Positions 17,704-26,984 of a DNA stretch of 64,000 nt are shown here, in pieces. The number at the start of each line of letters is the position of its first letter. Position 1 is the first letter of the stretch. A model generated the notes under the pieces. That model did not search any database. It was given only the letters and a program-made list of their open reading frames with translations, and had not been told where the DNA came from. Source of the DNA: an uncultured Mariniplasma sp. (GTDB lineage: Bacteria; Bacillota_I; Bacilli_A; Acholeplasmatales; Acholeplasmataceae); NCBI GenBank assembly GCA_964625435.1, contig CAZVDQ010000003.1, forward strand, positions 19,589-83,588, in the 5' to 3' direction. The translations under genes and the position numbers were made by a program.

Positions 17704-20331
17704 TTACTTTCTAGGGTTCTTGATGTTTGCATGAGCAGCAGCAAGTCTAGCGATTGGAACTCTGAATGGTGAACAAGAAACATAAGATAAGCCAATATTA
17801 TGACAGAATTCAACAGAGATTGGATCTCCACCGTGTTCTCCACAAATACCAAGCTTGATATTAGGTCTTGTTTGTCTTCCAAGTTCAACAGCCATCTTCA
17901 TTAATTTACCAACGCCTAATTGGTCAATGTGAGCAAATGGATCGTTTGCGAAGATTTTCTTTTCATAATAATCCTTTAAGAATTTACCTGCATCATCTCT
18001 TGAGAAACCAAAAGTCATCTGAGTTAAATCATTTGTTCCAAAGCTGAAGAATTCAGCTTCTTTAGCAATTTCATCAGCGATAAGTGCTGCTCTTGGAATT
18101 TCAATCATTGTACCAACATAGTACTTAAGATCAACACCAGCATCTTTAATAATCTTATTTGCTGTTTCAACAACGATGTCTTTAACATATTGCAATTCCT
18201 TTAATTCTCCAACAAGTGGAATCATAATTTCAGGAACAACATTCATACCTTCCTTATTCACTGCAATTGCAGCTTCAATAACTGCTTGAGTTTGCATCTT
18301 AGCAATTTCAGGATAAGTAATACTTAAACGAACACCACGGTGACCCAACATTGGATTTGTTTCATGAAGTTCATCAATCGTTGTTTGAAGAGCTTCATAA
18401 GATAAGCCCATTTCTTTAGCTAAAGCGACGATATCTTCTTTATCTGTTGGAACGAATTCATGTAGTGGTGGATCCAAATAACGAATGGTTACTGCGTAAC
18501 CTTTCATTTCTTTGTATAAACCAATGAAGTCTTCTCTTTGCATTGGAAGGAGCTTAGCTAACGCTTTTTCTCTTTCTTCAACTGTCTTAGAAACAATCAT
18601 TTCACGAACTGCGAAAATACGATCAGCTTCAAAGAACATATGTTCAGTACGGCATAAACCAATACCTTGAGCACCAAAGTCATATGCAACTTTTGCATCT
18701 CTTGGGTTATCAGCATTCGCTCTTACTTCTAAAGCTCTAAATTTATCAGCCCAAGCCATTAAAGTACCGAAATCTCCAGATACTGTCGCATCTTGAGTTT
18801 CAACTTTTTGTCCATAAACCTTACCTGTAGAACCATCTAATGAGATCCATTGACCTTCTTTAAAGAATTCGCCATTGACTTCAAATCGATTATTTTTTTC
18901 ATCTACGTGAATATCACCAGCACCAGCAACACAGCATCTACCCATACCACGAGCAACAACTGCAGCATGTGATGTCATTCCACCACGTGATGTTAATATA
19001 CCAGAAGCAACAATCATACCTTCGATATCTTCAGGAGATGTTTCTTGACGTACTAAAACGACAGGAAGACCATCTTTAGCTTTCATTTCTCTTGCACGAT
19101 CGGCAGTAAATGCGATACGGCCTGTAGCAGCACCCGGAGATGCATTTAATCCAGTAGAAATCACTTTAGCTTTTTTTAAAGCTTTTGGATTAAACTGTGG
19201 ATGTAGTAATGAATCTAATTGTGCAGGTTCTACTTTTAAGATGGCTTCTTCTTCAGTTAAAACACCTTCTTTAACTAAATCAATAGCAATCTTTAAAGCT
19301 GCTTGTGCTGTACGTTTACCATTACGTGTTTGAAGCATATATAATTTACCTCTTTCGATGGTAAACTCCATATCTTGCATATCACGATAATGTTCTTCTA
19401 ATTTTCTAGCAATTTCATTAAATTCCTTAAATAATTTCGGATTATCTGATGCAAGTTCAGAAATGGGTTTCGGTGTACGAATACCAGCAACTACATCTTC
19501 ACCTTGAGCATTAATTAAATATTCTCCATAAAGTTCTTTAGTTCCATCAGATGGATTACGAGTAAAGGCAACACCTGTACCAGAATCTTCACCCATATTA
19601 CCAAAGACCATGCTTTGAACACTTACAGCTGTTCCCCATTCGTAAGGAATGTTATTCATTCTGCGATATGTATTCGCACGTGGGTTATCCCATGATCTAA
19701 ATACTGCAGTTACAGCTTCAATTAATTGTACTTTTGGATCTTGGGGGAATGCTTCACCTTTAAGTTCTTCATACTTAACTAAAAAACGTCCAACTAATTC
19801 AATTAAATCGTTAGCATTTAATTCAGTGTCGAGTTCAACACCTTTTGCTTTTTTCATTTCTTCAAGAAGATGCTCGAAATTTGCTTTTTCAATGTCCATA
19901 ACAACATCAGCAAACATTTGAATGAATCTACGATAAGAATCATAAGCAAATCTTGGATTACCTGTTAATGTTGCTAAACCTTTAACAGATACATCATTTA
20001 ATCCTAGGTTAAGAATTGTGTCCATCATACCTGGCATTGATGCTCTAGCACCAGAACGTACAGATACTAAGAATGGATCTTTTGGATCTCCAAATTTCTT
20101 TCCTGCAATTTTTTCAGTTGCTACTAAGGCCTCGTGAATTTGATCAACGATTTCTTTAGATACAACTTTCTTTTTTGCATAATAATCATTACAAGCTTCT
20201 GTTGTAACGGTAAAACCTTGTGGTACTGGCATACCTAGTGAAGTCATTTCAGCTAGATTGGCACCTTTACCACCAAGAAGGTTTTTCATGGTTGTGTTAC
20301 CTTCTTTAAACAAATAAACATATTTAGCCAT
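17704..20331 (-). CDS. ppdK: Pyruvate, phosphate dikinase
   Basis: LLGGKGANLAEM, SVRSGAR.SMPGMMD, phospho-His motif GGMTSHAAVVARG, GLCRTEHMFF, FSFGTNDLTQ, GICGEHGG. Confidence 0.98.
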   Translation of the reverse strand: MAKYVYLFKEGNTTMKNLLGGKGANLAEMTSLGMPVPQGFTVTTEACNDYYAKKKVVSKEIVDQIHEALVATEKIAGKKFGDPKDPFLVSVRSGARASMPGMMDTILNLGLNDVSVKGLATLTGNPRFAYDSYRRFIQMFADVVMDIEKANFEHLLEEMKKAKGVELDTELNANDLIELVGRFLVKYEELKGEAFPQDPKVQLIEAVTAVFRSWDNPRANTYRRMNNIPYEWGTAVSVQSMVFGNMGEDSGTGVAFTRNPSDGTKELYGEYLINAQGEDVVAGIRTPKPISELASDNPKLFKEFNEIARKLEEHYRDMQDMEFTIERGKLYMLQTRNGKRTAQAALKIAIDLVKEGVLTEEEAILKVEPAQLDSLLHPQFNPKALKKAKVISTGLNASPGAATGRIAFTADRAREMKAKDGLPVVLVRQETSPEDIEGMIVASGILTSRGGMTSHAAVVARGMGRCCVAGAGDIHVDEKNNRFEVNGEFFKEGQWISLDGSTGKVYGQKVETQDATVSGDFGTLMAWADKFRALEVRANADNPRDAKVAYDFGAQGIGLCRTEHMFFEADRIFAVREMIVSKTVEEREKALAKLLPMQREDFIGLYKEMKGYAVTIRYLDPPLHEFVPTDKEDIVALAKEMGLSYEALQTTIDELHETNPMLGHRGVRLSITYPEIAKMQTQAVIEAAIAVNKEGMNVVPEIMIPLVGELKELQYVKDIVVETANKIIKDAGVDLKYYVGTMIEIPRAALIADEIAKEAEFFSFGTNDLTQMTFGFSRDDAGKFLKDYYEKKIFANDPFAHIDQLGVGKLMKMAVELGRQTRPNIKLGICGEHGGDPISVEFCHNIGLSYVSCSPFRVPIARLAAAHANIKNPRK

Positions 20332-20378
20332 TTGTAATTTCCTTTCTATTTACAAAATTTTATTTATCAAAATTTCTT

Positions 20379-21329
20379 TTATGAAACTTTTTTAACTAGT
20401 TTGTACATCTCATTTTTTGGTCTGCTTTGACCAATAACGTTAGCGAATGGTAAGTAAACCATTCTTGAATCTCTGACACCTACGCATACTCCGAAGATAC
20501 CATCATTTAATAATTCAACTGCATAAGTTCCCATTCTTGATCCTAGAATACGATCTTCGGGACATGGAGAACCTCCACGCTGAATGTATCCTAAAACTGT
20601 AGCTCTAGAAGAAAATCCTGCTTTTTCAGTAATTTCTTTAGCAAGAGCAAAGGGATCTGCAATCTTTTCAGTGATGACGACAATAGCATGTCTTCTGCCT
20701 TGTTTTTTATGTTCTCTTAATCTTTTAAACATAAGCTCTTTATCCATTGGGTTTTCAGGTGTAATTATAAATTCTGCTCCACCACAAATACCCGCAAACA
20801 ACGCTAAATCTCCACTATGTCTACCCATGGTTTCAACAATACTGCAACGTTGATGAGAATTTGAGGTATCTCTAAGTTTATCAATAGCATCAACGATTGT
20901 TTCAACTGCTGTATGAAATCCAATTGTGAAATCAGTTCCTGCAATGTCATTATCAATCGTTCCTGGTAAACCAATGGTTTTTACTCCAAGTTTAGCAAGT
21001 TCCATAGCCCCTCTATAGGTGCCATCTCCTCCGATTGCAACCAATGCTTCAATTCCTCGTTTATCTAAGTTTTCTTTAGCTTGTATTCTAAATTCTTCTT
21101 GTAAAAATAGAGATGATCTTGACGTGCCTAAAAAAGTACCACCAAGAGATAGCATACCAGAAACACTATGTGAGGTCAAGAGAACCATATCATCATTAAT
21201 CAATCCACTATATCCATCTTTAATTCCGTATATTTTATGTCCATATAATGTCCCTGCGCGAACAACTGCACGAATTGCAGCATTCATTCCAGGTGCGTCT
21301 CCACCAGAAGTTAAAACACCAATTTTCAT
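20379..21329 (-). CDS. pfkA: ATP-dependent 6-phosphofructokinase
   Basis: TSGGDAPGMNAA, GGDGT and PGTIDND (Gly at both phosphoryl-donor specificity positions), MGR, QRGG. Confidence 0.95.
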   Translation of the reverse strand: MKIGVLTSGGDAPGMNAAIRAVVRAGTLYGHKIYGIKDGYSGLINDDMVLLTSHSVSGMLSLGGTFLGTSRSSLFLQEEFRIQAKENLDKRGIEALVAIGGDGTYRGAMELAKLGVKTIGLPGTIDNDIAGTDFTIGFHTAVETIVDAIDKLRDTSNSHQRCSIVETMGRHSGDLALFAGICGGAEFIITPENPMDKELMFKRLREHKKQGRRHAIVVITEKIADPFALAKEITEKAGFSSRATVLGYIQRGGSPCPEDRILGSRMGTYAVELLNDGIFGVCVGVRDSRMVYLPFANVIGQSRPKNEMYKLVKKVS

Positions 21330-21520
21330 CTTTATTATCTCTCCTTACATAAAAAACGTACTACCTCATATATTATAACACATACTATGTATGAAATACA
21401 CTTGTATCGACTGCATTTTATCACTTATGAAAACGATTTTATAGGCTATTCTGCTTTGATTATCTTTAATTTATGGTAAAATAACAAATGGTAAAATAAA
21501 ACAAAAAGAATGGTGATTTT

Positions 21521-22765
21521 ATGAAAAATTTAGTAGGAGCAGCACTTCTAGGACAATCTGGTGGACCAACCAGTGTTATTAATGCAAGTGCAGCAGGTGT
21601 CTTCATTGAAGCCCTAAAACAAGAAAATATTACAGAAGTATATGGTGCAGTGCACGGAATCAAAGGAATTCTTCATGAGAATTTCTATGATATTAAACAA
21701 GAAGATCCTGAAGAGTTAATGCTTCTTAAGAATACACCATCATCTGCAATAGGTAGTGTACGTTACAAGCTGAAAAATATCAAAGTTGATGATAGTGAAT
21801 ATCAAAGACTTCTTGAAGTGTTCAAAAAATATAATATTCGTTATTTTTTCTACAATGGTGGAAATGATTCAATGGATACGTGTAATAAAATCAGTAAATT
21901 CTTTAAGAAATCTGGTTATGATTGCAATATCATGGGTGTTCCAAAAACGATTGATAACGATCTAAATGCAACAGATCATTCTCCAGGTTATGCAAGTGCT
22001 GCAAAATATGTAGCAACTACATTAATGGAACTTTATCATGATGCAACAGTTTATGATGCACCTCAAGTAACTATTGTTGAAATTATGGGTAGAAATGCAG
22101 GTTGGTTAACTGCTGCAGCTGCCCTAGCTCAATCGAAGGGTCAAGGACCTGATTTAATTTATCTTCCTGAAGTTCCTTTTGATTTTGATGATTTCTTTGT
22201 TCATGTTCAACGTGTACTTGCTGAAAAAGGTAAATGTATTGTTGCTGTGAGTGAAGGTGTGAAAACAGCAGATGGTAAATATATTCCAGAATTATTTAAT
22301 GATTTAAGAAAAGATGCATTTGGACATGTTCAATTAGGTGGAACTGCGCAAGTTCTTGCTGAAGAAGTTGGAAAACGTACAAAAGTAAAAGTTAGAGCCA
22401 TTGAATTTAGTCTATTACAACGTTCTTCTGCACATTTAGCTTCTAAGGTTGATGTTGAAGAAGCTTATCTTTCTGGTAAAAAAGCAGTCAAGGCTGCGAT
22501 TCGTGGAACAACTGATAAAATGGTTGGATTTAAACGTGTTTCAAATAACCCTTATAAGATAAAATACGTCCTACTTCCATTAAAATTAGCTGCAAATACA
22601 GAACAGACAGTTCCTTTGGAATGGATCTTGCCAGATGGAAAAGGAATGACTCAAGAATATCTTGATTATGCATTCCCACTTATCCAAGGTGAAAGCAAAG
22701 CCAAGCTTGTTGATGGACTTCCACACTTTGCTAGACTTAAAAAAATACGAGTTGAAAAGAAATAG
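21521..22765 (+). CDS. pfp: Pyrophosphate-dependent phosphofructokinase (predicted)
   Basis: GQSGGPT, GGNDSMD and PKTIDND (Asp and Lys at the positions that favour PPi), MGRNAGW. Confidence 0.8.
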   Translation: MKNLVGAALLGQSGGPTSVINASAAGVFIEALKQENITEVYGAVHGIKGILHENFYDIKQEDPEELMLLKNTPSSAIGSVRYKLKNIKVDDSEYQRLLEVFKKYNIRYFFYNGGNDSMDTCNKISKFFKKSGYDCNIMGVPKTIDNDLNATDHSPGYASAAKYVATTLMELYHDATVYDAPQVTIVEIMGRNAGWLTAAAALAQSKGQGPDLIYLPEVPFDFDDFFVHVQRVLAEKGKCIVAVSEGVKTADGKYIPELFNDLRKDAFGHVQLGGTAQVLAEEVGKRTKVKVRAIEFSLLQRSSAHLASKVDVEEAYLSGKKAVKAAIRGTTDKMVGFKRVSNNPYKIKYVLLPLKLAANTEQTVPLEWILPDGKGMTQEYLDYAFPLIQGESKAKLVDGLPHFARLKKIRVEKK

Positions 22766-22777
22766 ATGATTAAAAAT

Positions 22778-22808
22778 AAAAAAAGAGCTATTTGCATTGC
22801 TCTTTTTT
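22778..22808. terminator. Bidirectional terminator
   Basis: AAAAAAAGAGC...GCTCTTTTTT between convergent genes. Confidence 0.65.
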
Positions 22809-22828
22809 GTTCATTTTATTCTAAATTG

Positions 22829-23965
22829 TTATTCAATAAAAGTTATTGTAACCTCATAGATGCCACGCATTGATGCTATAAAACGAAGCTCATATGTTGC
22901 TTGAGTAAGTACTACATCATAACCTGGATTCATACTATAAATTCCTAAAAATTTTCCATTAATATCTGACAGATATAATGAGCATCGATATTCTTGATTA
23001 ATCTCTAGATGATATGTTCCAAACTGTGTTGCATTAAATGATAAAGAATCAGCATCAACCCCAAATTGAGAATTGATAGATTGCGGTGTGTTTAAGACCA
23101 TAAAAGTATTTTGTTCCGTTGCTAAAGGATAATCGGGATAATCATCCACTTGATAGGTATCTATCAAAGACAGATCGTGAGTATATGAATTCGTATTATA
23201 AAGAAAATCCACATCTGCAACAACAAAATCTTTATCGAAATCAAGATCGGTATCAATTCTTTCGTTCAAATAATCAACAGTGTCAAAAGAAATATTAAAC
23301 AATGCTCCACTTGATTTATCAATTCCAATGGAGACATCAAAATCAGTATTTGAAAGATCATAAGTCCCGTTTTCTTTTAACGTTGTGTTGTAAACTGTCA
23401 TAAGAAAATACATTGCGTAGCAAGGATTATCTTCAAGAAACGTATTTGCATTCACTTTGAATTGAAAATTACTAAAATTATCATTATCGATTTTTGTTAT
23501 TTCATCAATTTGAAATGTTGGAAGAAAACTGTGATTTGTCCAATCTTTCATGTCACGATAAGCTAAAGTTTGTATAAAACCACTGTCACCTTGATAATAT
23601 GCATAAATCTTTCCATCTATGTTTTGGAAAAAAGCTTGTAAATCTTCTCCATATGCAAAAATATCACCTTGATTAAAAAATGAGTAGTTGTCTGTTCTGA
23701 AATAATCTTGGTTTCCATACTGTCTTTCTCTGTCTATTTGAATTACTAGGTTATAATCGTCTTCACTTTGAATTTGAGCATATGCAGCTACCAAAGCATT
23801 TTGAAATATTGCAACATCAGATAGAGGATTATCTTCTGTGGAATCCGGATTACTGCTACATGCAACCAAAAAAAAGCAAATTACGACTACTAAAGACATA
23901 GACATTATTCTTCGTTTAATGAGATATAGCATTTTAAACCCCCATATACTTACTTTACTAAACAT
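22829..23965 (-). CDS. Putative lipoprotein, unknown function
   Basis: KRR, hydrophobic stretch, lipobox LVA-C, then an acidic beta-rich body. The true start is probably a downstream Met. Confidence 0.65.
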   Translation of the reverse strand: MFSKVSIWGFKMLYLIKRRIMSMSLVVVICFFLVACSSNPDSTEDNPLSDVAIFQNALVAAYAQIQSEDDYNLVIQIDRERQYGNQDYFRTDNYSFFNQGDIFAYGEDLQAFFQNIDGKIYAYYQGDSGFIQTLAYRDMKDWTNHSFLPTFQIDEITKIDNDNFSNFQFKVNANTFLEDNPCYAMYFLMTVYNTTLKENGTYDLSNTDFDVSIGIDKSSGALFNISFDTVDYLNERIDTDLDFDKDFVVADVDFLYNTNSYTHDLSLIDTYQVDDYPDYPLATEQNTFMVLNTPQSINSQFGVDADSLSFNATQFGTYHLEINQEYRCSLYLSDINGKFLGIYSMNPGYDVVLTQATYELRFIASMRGIYEVTITFIE

Positions 23966-24108
23966 TGTAACATAAAAAAATTTAAAATTGAAAACCTAAT
24001 CATACATTTAAGTGAAAACCAAATATTGTAACAACATTCTTTTTACACTAACAAAAGTAACGTTTTCATTATATAATAAAATAAACTAACGAAAAAGAGG
24101 TGCAACTC

Positions 24109-24843
24109 ATGGCATTTTTAAATTCTTGGTGGCTTTATGTGATCATCGGCATTGTTTTTGTCTATGTTCTCTTACAATCCACCGTTTTTTTGTTTAAGGC
24201 AAGAAAGAAAGCACGTGCTTTAGGTTTTACAAATCAACAAATCAACAAGACAACAACATCATCGATGATTTTCAGTATCGCCCCTTCTTTTGCAATCCTG
24301 ATTGGATTGGTTGCTTTAAGTAAGGTGTTTGGACCAATGATTGCAGGAATGCGCTTAGGAACTTTAGGTGCAGTTACTTATGAACTACCTGCAGCAATCA
24401 ATGTTATTAGTGGTGTTTTTAATTTACAAATTGGAGATGTTCTCACGTCTGAAATGATTATTACCGCTTTATGGGTTATGACATTTGGATGTATTCCACC
24501 CTTACTCATTATTCCTTTGTTCTTCAAGAAAATGAATTTAGGATTGGATAAAATAAAGAAAAAAGATTCAACGTGGAATGCTGTAATGATGGATGCATTA
24601 TTTTTAGGTATGATTTCAGCATTTGTGGGTTATGTCTTGGCTCCCAAAGTTATTGAAGGTGAAACACCCTATATATCTATATTGGCAATTCTAGTGCTCG
24701 TATCTTCAGCAATTCTCATTATGATTTTTGGTACGCTTATGAAAAAATTCAAGTGGGATTGGTTAAAAAATTATGCGCTACCCTTATCTATGATTAGTGC
24801 GATGGCACTCGCCATCTTATTTGCAAGTTTGGGGGTAAGATGA
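24109..24843 (+). CDS. DUF5058 family membrane protein
   Basis: NS.WLY...Q...F..KA, IAPS.AI, MRLG.LGAVTYE.PAA pattern. GAGGTG RBS favours ATG 24109. Confidence 0.75.
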   Translation: MAFLNSWWLYVIIGIVFVYVLLQSTVFLFKARKKARALGFTNQQINKTTTSSMIFSIAPSFAILIGLVALSKVFGPMIAGMRLGTLGAVTYELPAAINVISGVFNLQIGDVLTSEMIITALWVMTFGCIPPLLIIPLFFKKMNLGLDKIKKKDSTWNAVMMDALFLGMISAFVGYVLAPKVIEGETPYISILAILVLVSSAILIMIFGTLMKKFKWDWLKNYALPLSMISAMALAILFASLGVR

Positions 24844-24844
24844 A

Positions 24845-25504
24845 ATGAAAAGAACATATCAGAATCAACTTCATTTTGAAGGTAGAATTTGGATGCTTGG
24901 TGCACTTTTCTTATTTATCAGTGTCCCACTTACAATAAGTATCATTACGGGTGAATGGCCAAGTTTCAGAAATTTCTTCCCCGGTTTCATAGCAACTGCA
25001 GTTATCTTTTGGCCAGTAACAACCATTGAAGTATTTACATTTACTCCAATGCTTGGTACAGGAAGTAGTTATCTTGCTTTTGTTACAGGTAATCTTACAA
25101 ATTTAAAGGTTCCGGCAGCTCTTAATGCACAGGATGCATTAAATGTAACCAAGGGAACCGAAGAAGGTGATGTCATTGCTACAATAGCTGTTGCTTCTTC
25201 CAGTATTATGACAACACTAATTATTATTATAGGCGCAGTACTTATTATTCCACTTACTCCTTTTTTGGAATCTGAAATATTAAAACCTGCTTTTGATAAT
25301 ATTATTCCAGCATTATTTGGAGCACTCGGAATCGTTTATATTATGAAAAGATGGCAAGTTGCCATCATTCCACTTATCTTCATGATTATCTTCTTCTTGT
25401 TTGTTCCCGGAAGTGGTGGATTAGTTGGAATCATGGTACCAGTAGGTGTTGCAATCTCACTCGTATCAGCAAGATTCCTCTATAAGAAAGGAAAGATTCG
25501 ATAA
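24845..25504 (+). CDS. Membrane protein typically paired with DUF5058
   Basis: H..GR, IE.FTF.PMLG..SSYLAF.TGN..NLK.PAA, GTEEGD motifs; multiple TM segments; starts 1 nt after the upstream stop. Confidence 0.7.
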   Translation: MKRTYQNQLHFEGRIWMLGALFLFISVPLTISIITGEWPSFRNFFPGFIATAVIFWPVTTIEVFTFTPMLGTGSSYLAFVTGNLTNLKVPAALNAQDALNVTKGTEEGDVIATIAVASSSIMTTLIIIIGAVLIIPLTPFLESEILKPAFDNIIPALFGALGIVYIMKRWQVAIIPLIFMIIFFLFVPGSGGLVGIMVPVGVAISLVSARFLYKKGKIR

Positions 25505-26928
25505 TGGGATGGTATGCATTACTTATTATACCAATAGTCGTTTTCATTATTCTTTTTAATACCTTTAGATTTAAACCAAAAGGTTTACCTGAAATGAGAA
25601 AACGACATGAAATCAATGAACAAAGAGTCGTAGAATCTCTATCGAAAATGCTCCAGTTCAAAACAATTTCAAATCTTGATTCATCATTGATGGACCATCA
25701 GGTATTTGAAGCTTTTAGGGCATTCTTAAAAGAAAGATATCCCCTAATTAATAGTCAAGCAACATATAGCGAACATGAACGTGGGGTTCTCTTTCATCTT
25801 AAAGGACAATCTGATGAATTCCCAACCGTATTCATGTCTCATTATGATGTTGTTCCGGATAATGGGAAATGGAAAGAAGATCCATTTAGTGGACGAGTAG
25901 ATGATAAGACAGTTTTTGGTAGAGGAGCTCTCGATACCAAGCACAGTTTAAATGCAGTAATGGAATCGGTTGAGTATGCTCTAAGCAAAAATAAAGTATT
26001 TAAGAATGACCTGTATTTGGCTTTCTCTGGCGATGAAGAGATATATGGACCTTCAGCTCCAGCAATCGTTAAATATTTCAAAGAGAAAGGTATTAAACCT
26101 TATCTTGTTCTTGATGAGGGTGGAGCAATTGTCAGTAATATGTTCCCCGGTGTAAAGAAAAAAGTAGCTGTTGTAGGCATCGCTGAAAAGGGATTTATGA
26201 ACGTAAGACTCACAGCAACCTCGAAAGGAGGACACGCTTCCACACCTCCAAAAAATACACCACTTACAGATCTATCAAAAGCAATTATTAAGCTTAATAA
26301 TCACCCATCATTCAAACTTAAACTCACACCTCCTGTTAGAGCATTATTTGATACAATTGCACCTTATTCAAACTCATTTGGAATTAGACTATTGTTTGCT
26401 AATCTTTGGCTATTTACACCCATTGTCAAGCTCATAGCAAAACTATCAGGTGGAGAATTCCTATCTATGTTTAAAACAACTCAAGCATTTACATTAGCAA
26501 CTGGAAGTGATGCTGTTAATGTTCTTCCATCAGTAGCAACGATAGGAATAAACTACAGATTAAGACCTGATGAAACTTCTGAACAAGTCCTCAGCAGAGT
26601 TAAAAGAATTATTGGTAATCCTCATATTGAAATAGAGGCACTCGCAATCTTTGAAGCATCAACAATGAGTCTTTTAGATGATGCGTATAAGGTTATTGAA
26701 AAAGCTATTAAGCTGACTTGGTCAGATGTTATCCCTTCTCCTTATCTCATGGTAGCAACTTCTGATTCCAGACATTATCATGAAATATGTGAACATGTTT
26801 ATAAGTTTTCACCTATGGATGTTTCTAAAGCTGATCTAGCCAAGATTCATGGAATAGATGAAGATATAACAATTGAGAATGTCATCAATGGAACTAATTT
26901 TTATTTAAATTTAATTGATCAACTATAA
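25504..26928 (+). CDS. M20/M25/M40 metallo-hydrolase with N-terminal membrane anchor (carboxypeptidase S/PM20D1-like)
   Basis: HYDVVP, GRGALDTK, GDEE, LDEG, GGHAS.P, HGIDE motifs; hydrophobic N-terminus. Confidence 0.85.
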   Translation: MGWYALLIIPIVVFIILFNTFRFKPKGLPEMRKRHEINEQRVVESLSKMLQFKTISNLDSSLMDHQVFEAFRAFLKERYPLINSQATYSEHERGVLFHLKGQSDEFPTVFMSHYDVVPDNGKWKEDPFSGRVDDKTVFGRGALDTKHSLNAVMESVEYALSKNKVFKNDLYLAFSGDEEIYGPSAPAIVKYFKEKGIKPYLVLDEGGAIVSNMFPGVKKKVAVVGIAEKGFMNVRLTATSKGGHASTPPKNTPLTDLSKAIIKLNNHPSFKLKLTPPVRALFDTIAPYSNSFGIRLLFANLWLFTPIVKLIAKLSGGEFLSMFKTTQAFTLATGSDAVNVLPSVATIGINYRLRPDETSEQVLSRVKRIIGNPHIEIEALAIFEASTMSLLDDAYKVIEKAIKLTWSDVIPSPYLMVATSDSRHYHEICEHVYKFSPMDVSKADLAKIHGIDEDITIENVINGTNFYLNLIDQL

Positions 26929-26938
26929 AACACTAAAC

Positions 26939-26972
26939 AAAAAACCGCTTGGAGATTCCAAACGGTTTTTTT
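26939..26972. terminator. Bidirectional terminator
   Basis: AAAAAACCG-c-TTGGA-gat-TCCAA-a-CGGTTTTTTT between convergent genes. Confidence 0.75.
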
Positions 26973-26984
26973 ATTATGCAATTT

